A program made the position numbers and the translations under genes. The notes beneath the pieces are model-generated. The model ran no database searches, had not been told where the DNA came from, and saw only the letters and a list, made by a program, of their open reading frames with translations. From Thecamonas trahens ATCC 50062 (lineage: Eukaryota; Protista; Apusomonadida): 64,000 bases of DNA. Where the stretch lies: assembly GCF_000142905.1 (NCBI RefSeq), contig NW_013657611.1:62001-126000 (forward strand), in the 5' to 3' direction. Below are positions 1 through 8,759 of the stretch, in pieces. Position 1 is the first letter of the stretch; each line of letters starts with the position of its first letter.

Positions 1-3000
1 CGGCCGTCACCACCAGCGCGGCCCCGTCCGACGACGCTACCGCCACCACGCGCTGCGGCGGGTGTCCACGCGGCGTGCCTGGCGTATGCAGGGAGACCTT
101 GGTCGGAAACTGCCTCGATCGCTGGACGCCGACCCCAACCATCCGCCGCGATCGGTGCGCAAACACGTACAGCTCGCCACTTGCAGACACCGCGGCGTTT
201 TGCGAGACCGCCACAAACCGAGTCTCGATCGTCGCGGGCGTCACGTTGATCCGCGCCGGACGCTCGCTCCCGCGCCCCAGCACATACAAATTGCCACCTG
301 CAGAGAGAAAGACACAGGCCTCGCACCCAATGGCCATGTCGGTCATCACCAGCGGCGCGAGTATGTCCAGCGCGACAGGCAGTGCAAACGCCTTGGTCTC
401 TCGCGGGGCGCCGAGCTTGCACTGCTCATTCGAGCCCCATCCAAAGACCTCGCCTGTCGCACTCCGCGCCAGCGACGCCTTGTAGCCAGCCACGACCTGC
501 ACAATACGCAGCTTTTGGATGGCCTTGATGAGCTGTGGCGAGCTGCGCGGCAGATCGTCACCATGTCCAAGTCGCCCCATCCCACCCGAGCCCCACGAGA
601 AGACCTTGCCAGACGCTGTGAGCGCTAGCGCATGGGTGGCATGGACAGACACAGACTGCTTCCACTCGCGGTCAAAGTCGTTGGCGCCGTGCGGCGCGAC
701 AGAAACTTGCACCACACCTTTGCCCGCCAGTCCCACCAGCGGCAGCGGAACATGGCTGTACAACACGTTGCACGACGCAAGAAGCACCGGATTGTCGCCC
801 AGAATGTACACGCTGTTGACCTCGGGCCGGTTCTCGCTCCCCACCACAAACACCGCACCGCGATCAAACGCAGCCACGTCTACCACCGGCGCTCCGATGA
901 GTCCAGCCACAAGCGATGGTGTCTTGAACGTAGTAAGATTCGACCGCGAGGAGCCTGTCGCAAACCACTCGCCCCACACCAGCGGGACCGCCGTAGGCAC
1001 TCCAGTCTGCTCGTGGACAATGGGATTCGGCAGTACTACGTTCTCCACAGACGGCAGCGCCGGAGCACCATACTCAAGCGGGCCCTGCACAGCAGTAATC
1101 AGCGTTGACCGCAACAGGTCGCGCGGGAGACAGAGTGCCGGCGTCATATCCGACCGATGGCTGCTACTCCGCGACATGCGCTCACCGTTCGCAATGTCCA
1201 TAAAGCAGTTGCTACACAGGCACCGCTCAAGCGGCGGCCGCGAAATCGAGGTCACAAACCCTACATGAGTCTGGATAGGCAGCTCGCATCGGATGCACTC
1301 GATGCTTGCCGCCGACGTCGCCAAAGGCGTCACCGCAAACGTGGTCGTCTCGAGGCCAAGGTCCGGGAGCACCGGCATGTGTGGAAGTTGGCTAAGCCTG
1401 TCCCCAATGCGCACGCCCGGAAAGGCATCCCTGTTGCTTGGCAACGACATCGAGCACATGTGGAAAAACATCCGATCCGGCTCCGCGCTCACGCACGCTT
1501 CACACATCACCGTGTGGCATGTACGCGCGTTGTCGTACTGCGAGTGAAGGGAGCTGATCGCAGTCCTGCACGCAAGAAAGGCCGCTCCACCCACAATGTG
1601 CTCTTCGCAACGCATGCACGTCATCTTGCCGTACGCTGAGCTGCCGCCCTCGTCGGAGCGGACGGTCGGCCCCAGGCCCCACACGAGTGACGACGGCGCG
1701 AGCTGCAGCGGCGGCACGCTCGGGAGCGGAATGGCAGTAAAGGTGTGCTCCGAGGTGTGCTCGCTGCCGCTCTCCACGCCAGCACCCTTGGCATGGCACG
1801 CTTCACAGAGATCAAAGTCTGCACACTCGCGACACTTGTACCGCGTCCCGGCCAAGTCGGTGATCCGGCACCCGTCGCACCGCACGTTGCTGTGCCTCAA
1901 AAGGGCGCCGCATTTTGCGGGTGCCTCTACGTACAGCACGTGGGTTGGATCATGCAGCGAGGCAACAGTGCACGCTTTGCAGAGCGCAGTCGACGGGCAG
2001 CTTGCGCACACGCCACGGAACTGCCCGATGAGCCGCTCGCATTGAGAGCAGAGCAGCGAATCGCATGCAATCTCAGCCAGGCGCACCAGCACCGGCCGCA
2101 AACTGCTGCCTGCCACATTGAGCAGCGTTTCACGAGTGCACGGCCCGCACACTGCGACACACGGTTGCGGCTCTCGAGCTTCGCATCCGTCGCACATTTC
2201 AAGTGCCGTCGGAAGCGTCTGCACCCGCATCAGGTTCGCGTTCACAGACGCGTCGACAGTGACACCGCAGGCGGTGGCCGCGCCCGCAGCAGCCAGCCCG
2301 CCTGCCGGCACCCGTGCATCGCCCGACAGCGCAAGCCAAATGGGAGGACCACGACCGCGGGTGGTGAACGCAACTTGGTGCGGCTGCCCGTCGCCGGCAA
2401 GCAGTGGCGCCAGATCAAGGTCAAACGCTGGCTCGACCTCGCCGTCCAGCGAAAACACAAACCGCTCGTTCGCCGCGTTGAATCCGATACCGATGACGGT
2501 GCCCACCGGCAGCGGGCAGGCTGCCAGCCGTGCTGAGGAGGCACCTGCGAGCCCCGCTACAGGCGAGATTAGCTTTCCGCCGATTAGGTCGATCCCGAAT
2601 GATGCATCCACCTCACCCAGCGGATCGAAGAGGCCGTGGTTCCCGGGCGCGAGCCCAATTTGGAACTCGTGCGGTGTCGAGAGAAGGGTGAACTCGAGGT
2701 AAAACGAGGAGGCAGTCGACGCCATGTCTATCGACAACATCGCGCCTCCGACAGGACCGATCCGGTCACGGCCGTAGCCGTAAAACCGCGGCGAGAGCGC
2801 CATGAGCCGACCCGACATGACAAAGCCGCGCGAGTGGACAATCGGCACACCGCGGGAAGCAATCAACGACATAGCTGACATGCAATGACGGCAGAACGTC
2901 GAGAGAAAGCGGCCCGTCGAGCTGCATACCCCGCACTCCCCCGAGGCTGGCAGCTGCGGCGGAGGCACTAGTCTGTGCGGACCGGCGTGTGTAGCAGTGC

Positions 3001-3882
3001 TCAACGCATTAAGAACCGACGAGTGACCGGCAACCTCGAGAGGAAACCGGGCGAGGACATCGGTGGTCAAACCACGGGCATCGAGGTCAATGCCGGTGGC
3101 AGTTGATGCAAACGAGACCGCATCCCGCCATTGCTCCACTTGCACCGTGTTGGACGGCTTGCCTAGCTGGCGACGGACCTTGAGAACCCGGTCATCAGAC
3201 CAGTCCGTGTCAGAAGGGCGGAAAAGGCCGAGCTCAGCTGCGACAGAGTAGGCGAGCGGATAGACGCGCCCTCGGAAGTGGCGGGTAAAATCGTCGCGGT
3301 CGCCCAGGAGAGGAAAAGAGCTCCAGAGCTTGCAGAACTGATTCGAGTACGCGGCAGCCAGGACCCTGTTGCCAGTGGCGTCGTTGAGTACGGTGAGCGC
3401 TTCAAAGATAAGAAGGCCGAGCGGATGTTGTGAAGCAACCGTGCCGAGCTCGAGCGCAGCGAGCGCAAGCGAGAGATGCCGGTCAGCGTCTTCGATGTGA
3501 GCAGCCTCCAGCTCGAGCACGCCATTGACGTAGTACGCGCCAACAACGACCTCGAGCGGCAGCGGCGGTGCACCCGGCGCCTCGACGCTTGCCAGGACCT
3601 GTGCTGCCAGCGCGGCATCGTTGTCAGCCAGCGCGGCGTCGAGCGCGGAGCCAAGCGCGAGTGGCGCCGACGCACTCAGCGACTCGACTGCGAGTCGGTG
3701 TCTCGCGCGGAGGCGGGCAATGAGCGCATCAGACGCGTCTTCGCTTGGAGGAGCTGTTGGCGCGGCGTCGTCGATGACCGGCGCAAAGTAGCGAGCCAGG
3801 TCCTTGGTCCGAAAGAGGCCCTCAGTGCGGACAGTGAGCGAGGTGGCGCGGCTGGCATCAAGAGGGTGCGGGACGTCAAAAA
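1..3882 (-). CDS. C-terminal part of a large multidomain protein (helical/TPR-like, SPRY-like, ZZ zinc fingers, RCC1 repeats); runs off the left edge; probable continuation of the Clu ORF
   Basis: Manual minus-strand translation is open from ~3880 to position 1 (absent from the ORF track because it has no stop). Contains HSNVRCDGCRITDLAGTRYKCRECADFDLCEACH (ZZ), HALALTASGKVFSWGSGGMGRLGHGD and ATGEVFGWGSNEQCKLG (RCC1), and FYLEFTLL...FQIGLA...GTVIGIGFNAANERFVFSLDG (SPRY-like). Confidence 0.8.
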
Positions 3883-5490
3883 GGACGACTCGGACTGTGC
3901 GGCCGAGCGGACGGCAGGATCAAAGGCCACGCCTGTGAGCCGGGTAACGGTGTCAAAGAGCGCGAGCTTGGAGATCCGCGAGACGAGTGAGGTCTTTGGA
4001 TCGGACTCGGATCCGGAGAGAATCGAGCCGTAGAGGCCAAATGAGATGTGCAAGCGGACCTTGATCTCCGAGGTCCAAAAGAACGTCGAGACCTCGGACG
4101 AGCCGAGAACGGTGTTGAGGTAGGTGACAGCAAGTGCGATGACTGCCCGCGGCGATGGGTCCAAACACTGGCGCATCTTGGTGTTGAGCGCACGCGCAGT
4201 GACAATGGCCACCATGTGTGTGAGAACGAGCGACGCGACTACCTCAGACTTGAGTGAGATGCGGACAAGGCCGAGGTAGCGCTCGGGAATGCCAAGATCT
4301 TCCATCCACTGGGTGATCTGGTGGCCTGAGACCGGGAGGACCGAGGCGCTTTCGAGGCGGGCGACAAACTCGGGCAGAACACTACCACGCAAGTGTGCGG
4401 TGGCGAGGCGGACATTTGCGTTGTAGACGGCGGCGTCTGCGCGGCCAAAGCCAGTAAACGCATCAGACGAGAGCGGCGACGCCGTGTATCCGGCCACTAG
4501 GTTGGCCGGGAGGTGGCGGTAGAGAACTGAACCGCGGAGGGCGACAAGGACGACGGCCGGGCCGCGGATGATGCCGTCGGCGAGTGCCGAAGCAACCTCG
4601 TTGACAGCACCAGCACCGGTGAAGCAAACAACAAGCTCGCCGGCAACCACCATGGAGACCGAGGCCGATGGCGCTGTCGAGGCCTGCGGCGAGAGGATGG
4701 CGAGGACCTCGGTGTTCCACGACGCGATGAGGACCTCAATGGTGGTGATGGATGCGTTAGCCTCGCGCCAAGGACCGGGAGGAATGAGCATGCCGACAGC
4801 GGTATCCGACGGCTCCTCTGGCGGGAAGACGCGCGCAGTGTCGAGGAGGTAGTACTTGCCGTCGCTCCCGCGGTGGCCCTCGATGTCGGCCGGGCCACAG
4901 ATGGTGGTATACGGCGGGGCGCGACCGACAGGATGAGGCGCGAGATTGAGCAGCTCGGCCGCCGCCGCCATGATGGTGTTAAACACCGGATCATCGTCGT
5001 GGACAGTGATGGCGCCGTCGTCCGAGCCGTAGATAAGCGAGGCCGAGCCGTCGATTGGGAGCAGCGACGACGCAATGATGCGATGCCCGCGGTAGTCGAG
5101 GATGGTCATGAGCGGAAAGTGGAGGTCAGGCATGTCGAGGTGCAGGAAGGCCCGGAGGCCTTCGAGCTCGAGGCCGGCCGCGGCGATGGCAAACTGTGCG
5201 CCAGCGTAGATACCGTGCGAGTCGGTCGCAAACTTGAAGAACATCGACGCCACCACGTACTTTTCGCCACCGGCAACGCCGCCGGCTTCTGTCGCCGGCA
5301 GAATCCGCCGCGGCGCACCCTGCGGCAGCCCGGCCTCGTCCACAATGATCCGCGCAATGGCCTGCGCCGTCTCGGCAAACGTCGAGGTCAGCGCGTACAG
5401 ACGCGCGGCGCGGACCAGCCGCTCATGCGGCGTCGCCACCGGCAGCTCCAGCAGCGTCTGGAACTCTGCGTTCCAGTCGCGGGACGCCAT
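3676..5490 (-). CDS. Clu (clustered mitochondria) domain protein, N-terminal part
   Basis: MASRDWNAEFQTLLE, GGVAGGEKYV, FKFATD, LHFPLMTILDYRGHRIIASSLLPI, LIYGSDDG, GPADIEGHRGSDGKYYLLDTARVFPPE and PLSSDAFTGF are Clu-domain motifs. Coding character shifts frame at ~3880. Confidence 0.85.
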   Translation of the reverse strand: MASRDWNAEFQTLLELPVATPHERLVRAARLYALTSTFAETAQAIARIIVDEAGLPQGAPRRILPATEAGGVAGGEKYVVASMFFKFATDSHGIYAGAQFAIAAAGLELEGLRAFLHLDMPDLHFPLMTILDYRGHRIIASSLLPIDGSASLIYGSDDGAITVHDDDPVFNTIMAAAAELLNLAPHPVGRAPPYTTICGPADIEGHRGSDGKYYLLDTARVFPPEEPSDTAVGMLIPPGPWREANASITTIEVLIASWNTEVLAILSPQASTAPSASVSMVVAGELVVCFTGAGAVNEVASALADGIIRGPAVVLVALRGSVLYRHLPANLVAGYTASPLSSDAFTGFGRADAAVYNANVRLATAHLRGSVLPEFVARLESASVLPVSGHQITQWMEDLGIPERYLGLVRISLKSEVVASLVLTHMVAIVTARALNTKMRQCLDPSPRAVIALAVTYLNTVLGSSEVSTFFWTSEIKVRLHISFGLYGSILSGSESDPKTSLVSRISKLALFDTVTRLTGVAFDPAVRSAAQSESSFLTSRTLLMPAAPPRSLSALRASFGPRTWLATLRRSSTTPRQQLLQAKTRLMRSLPASARDTDSQSSR

Positions 5491-5519
5491 CTCTAGCAGA
5501 TCATCTTCGAGTGGGTCCG

Positions 5520-6146
5520 CTACAGCCGTTCGAAGAACGGGGCGCTTGGTGCCGCCGCTCCGAGGCCAGTTGAGAATGGTTCGTTGTCGTACATCATGGG
5601 CTCGCCGAGTGTGTCGGCGTAGGCGGCGATCGGAGCCGGGGCAGATCCATTCGACCATGCAGGTGGTGGGCTGTCCGGCATGGGCTCGCCGAGTGTGTCG
5701 GCGTAGGCGGCGATTGGAGCCGGGGCAGATCCATTCGACCATGCAGGTGGTGGACCAAGCGCCGAGTACATCGATGCACCATCTTGTCCGTTAGGCGTCT
5801 GCCCAGGATGGGTAGCAAGAGCGATGGGTGTGGCTGGCCCGAGAGCAGCGTAGAGAAAAGTGGACGGTTCCAGAGGCGATCCATCCTCAGCAGTTGCAGC
5901 ATACGCCATTTGAAGTTCCCGAGGAGCAGCATAACCTTGAGCAGCGTTTGGAAGAGCAGAAGCCAACCCCGATTCACCATCGCCCTCCATACCATTTGCC
6001 ATCATGGTCAGCTGCATGACCTGCGGAGGGTGGACAGCTTCCAAAGCACATGCATACTGCGCCAGCACACTACCTTCTTCCACATCATGTCCAAGTCGCG
6101 GGAGGTGAAGAACGTTCCTCACTTGGTTCTCTCTCACACTTGCCAT
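5520..6146 (-). CDS. Hypothetical ORF, probably the true N-terminus of the Clu protein (joined by a -1 frame break)
   Basis: 208-aa ATG-initiated ORF ending 30 nt before the Clu ATG. One extra C at the C4 run (5539-5542) joins it in frame (...APVLRTAVADPLEDDLLEMASRDW). Confidence 0.5.
   Translation of the reverse strand: MASVRENQVRNVLHLPRLGHDVEEGSVLAQYACALEAVHPPQVMQLTMMANGMEGDGESGLASALPNAAQGYAAPRELQMAYAATAEDGSPLEPSTFLYAALGPATPIALATHPGQTPNGQDGASMYSALGPPPAWSNGSAPAPIAAYADTLGEPMPDSPPPAWSNGSAPAPIAAYADTLGEPMMYDNEPFSTGLGAAAPSAPFFERL
5595..5753. repeat. Two-copy tandem repeat, 84-bp period (75 bp near-identical)
   Basis: catgggctcgccgagtgtgtcggcgtaggcggcgat...aggtggtgg at 5595 and 5679 with 1 mismatch; encodes PPPAWSNGSAPAPIAAYADTLGEPM twice. 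Confidence 0.95.
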
Positions 6147-6441
6147 GGTTGTCAGGGTGTGAGGGAATGGATACGACTATGTTCCATAGAGAGAGTGCGG
6201 TGTCGCCTGGTCTCTCTCTCACACGGCCAAAGCGCCTTCGATCGGCACAGACTGCTGCTGCCGCTCGCCGGCTGACACATGCGCAGCAATACAGCGTCGT
6301 TGTGCTGTGCAGGGGGGCATTCGCATTCGGACGAGAGTATGGTGCGATGGACAGGAGGAGGGAGGGGGAGTGGGAGGGGGAGGGGGAGGGGGGGGAGGAA
6401 TCGGATTATTGCGAGGGAGAAATCCGACTCGAGGGTCCCGG

Positions 6442-7596
6442 CTACGTAGCGCGCTTAGTCCAGAGGGGGGCATGGGCTTGGTCCAGTCGTCGTAGACGGG
6501 ATCGGGCGATAGAGAGGGAGGCTGAGAGGGAGGCGAGGCGGGCCTGAAGGGCGACAAGCCCATCGGATGGCGCACAGCTCGAGTCGTTCGCCGCAGTGGC
6601 ATCGTCGAGGCAGCCAGCAATTCCGGCGGCGATCGACGGTCGTGGCCAGCCAGGCGACGTCGTCATGGCGGCTCCGAGAGCGCGCTCGGCATCACTCACT
6701 GCCCAAAGTGCCCAGCTGCAGACGGCGGTGGCAGCAAGAAGAACCAGCAGGAGGGCCAGCGCCGCCCGTATTGCCGGCGATCCAAACACCGCTGCCCGCG
6801 CCCGGCCCTCGGCCGCATCAGCTGCAGCCTGAAGCCGGGCTCGGGGCGAGGCCAGACGCTGCGGCGATCGCGATCGCGACCGAGACCGAGACCGAGACCG
6901 CGACCGACGCCGCCGCGACCGCGACCGCGACCGGCCTCTTCGTGACCGCGACCGAGACCGCCGCTGGCTCGGCTCGCCCGGCGGTGCCAGCGACGTCGCC
7001 GACGTCGCCATGCTTTGGCGTGGCTGCGCCGCCGTGGCCACCATCTTTTGTAGATGCGCCAGCCAGGCCCCGTAATACTCTGCGGTGCGGGCGAGCGAGG
7101 CTTTGGCGATGACCCGCTTGAGCATGGTCGACTTGATCCACTTGAACTCTGAGGAGATGAAAAGAAAGCAGGCCGAGTCGGGCGCAGCCGGATCCGCCCA
7201 GCAGCAGTAGCGATTGAGGACGAGGAAGTAGTCTGCGTACGGCACGCCTGTTGATGCTGTCTCAGTCGCCACCACAAAGCGCACCGGGCCGGCGCCGCCA
7301 TCTACGGAACGGACCACTGCAACCTGCTCCTCCACCAGGTGTGCCTCTTTGACACCCATCGGCGTCTTGACCACCTGATCAAAGACCAGCTCCCGTACAT
7401 CAGTCGCATCGTCGGCACGATGTGACCACGGCGACTGCGACTCGATGCGATGTCCCAGCTCGGCGTAGAGCGAAGGGAGGAAGCTGCCACCTTCGGCAAA
7501 GACCAGCTCCCAGAGCCCAGACACACTCGTAGCCACGCGGACACGGTCCACATACGTATGTTCCAAGTGTGCCCCGTCTCCACACCCGCACTCCAT
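6442..7596 (-). CDS. VASt (StART-like, LAM/Aster family) sterol-transfer domain protein with RS-rich linker and C-terminal TM
   Basis: TETASTGVPYADYFLVLNRYC...ISSEFKWIKSTMLKRVIAK is typical of VASt; hydrophobic AALALLLVLLAATAVCSWALW. Start set at MECGCG. Confidence 0.8.
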   Translation of the reverse strand: MECGCGDGAHLEHTYVDRVRVATSVSGLWELVFAEGGSFLPSLYAELGHRIESQSPWSHRADDATDVRELVFDQVVKTPMGVKEAHLVEEQVAVVRSVDGGAGPVRFVVATETASTGVPYADYFLVLNRYCCWADPAAPDSACFLFISSEFKWIKSTMLKRVIAKASLARTAEYYGAWLAHLQKMVATAAQPRQSMATSATSLAPPGEPSQRRSRSRSRRGRSRSRSRRRRSRSRSRSRSRSRSPQRLASPRARLQAAADAAEGRARAAVFGSPAIRAALALLLVLLAATAVCSWALWAVSDAERALGAAMTTSPGWPRPSIAAGIAGCLDDATAANDSSCAPSDGLVALQARLASLSASLSIARSRLRRLDQAHAPLWTKRAT

Positions 7597-7818
7597 CCCT
7601 AAGCCCTCGGGACCAGGCGGCACGAGTCGGGTGTGCCGCAGCACCGGATCGAGGCCGACTCGCTGCCCGTCGCGCTCCGCACACCACAACGCGCCTCCAG
7701 GCTGCGCCACGGATTAGAGGCAATATACCGGAGGGTGGATATGCTGGCCGGGCAAAGTGTGGGGGGCCATGGTGGCAAAGGCCAAAATGATCATGTTTAC
7801 AACTCACGATCTGCACGA

Positions 7819-8481
7819 CTAGGCGAGGTTGAGCGTCTTGCGCAGGAGCTCCATGTTGGCGTTCTTGCCATGCGAGGCAGCAGCAATGCCGTTGGACGGA
7901 CACGGCATGTCCGGGATGGTGAACACACCGCTGGCGATCGAGTCGGTGAAGCCCGAGAAGGAGATGACGACGTCAAGCGAGTTGGTCGTCGCGTTGTACG
8001 TCTCAAGGGCAACCAGGGCGCCCGAGTCGATGGCAGTGTATGCCGAGTAGACCTGACCCTCGCCATGGGCGGACCAGATGTACGCGTTGGTGCCGTACCA
8101 GTTGCCGACGCCCACAAACTCCGCCTTGGCCAGCGCATCCTGGCCGATGACCGAGCCCGAGGTCGCCTGCTTGGAGCAGACCTGCTTGTTCTGCGTCGCG
8201 GGGAGATAGGCGAGGGTGGTCTGCGGCGAAGAGAACTTGCCCGACGAGTCAAAGTTCTCAAAAACAGACAAGACCATCGGCGGCATGACAATGTCCGTCC
8301 GCTGCATGCCCGTGGTGTAGTCGACATACATGGCTCCCGTAAAGTACGTCGCCGGCGCCACAAACATGTTGATGTGGGAGGTCCAGAGGTTGGGGAGGGT
8401 CGGCGGCTGCGGGTCGGCCGTCACTGCCACCGCCAGAGCAAAGGCAAGGGCAACAATGGCAACCTGCATAGTCTTGGCCAT
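7819..8481 (-). CDS. Secreted/lysosomal ependymin-related (EPDR-like) protein
   Basis: Signal peptide MAKTMQVAIVALAFALAVAVTA, then PPTLPNLW...GAMYVDYTTGMQRTD and C-terminal FSGFT...VFTIPDMPC. Confidence 0.55.
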   Translation of the reverse strand: MAKTMQVAIVALAFALAVAVTADPQPPTLPNLWTSHINMFVAPATYFTGAMYVDYTTGMQRTDIVMPPMVLSVFENFDSSGKFSSPQTTLAYLPATQNKQVCSKQATSGSVIGQDALAKAEFVGVGNWYGTNAYIWSAHGEGQVYSAYTAIDSGALVALETYNATTNSLDVVISFSGFTDSIASGVFTIPDMPCPSNGIAAASHGKNANMELLRKTLNLA

Positions 8482-8759
8482 TCTCACGTTCAGAGTCGAG
8501 TGTGTACGTGTGCGTGTTCGTGTGCGTGTGCGTGTGCGTGTGACTGTCCAAACTGCCTTGGCTGTTTTATTCTGGCCAATGGCATGTGCAAGACCGACGG
8601 TGGCCAAAGGGCTCGTGTCGCACGTGTGCGGACAGTGTACGGAAAATGTAGTTTGCGGGGGAGGGGGGGGGGCAAGATGAGTTCAGGAAGAGCAGGTTGC
8701 ACTCTGTGTTCATGGCTTGGTTGAGGACGGACAATGGGTTGTTGGTCGGCGGACAGGTG

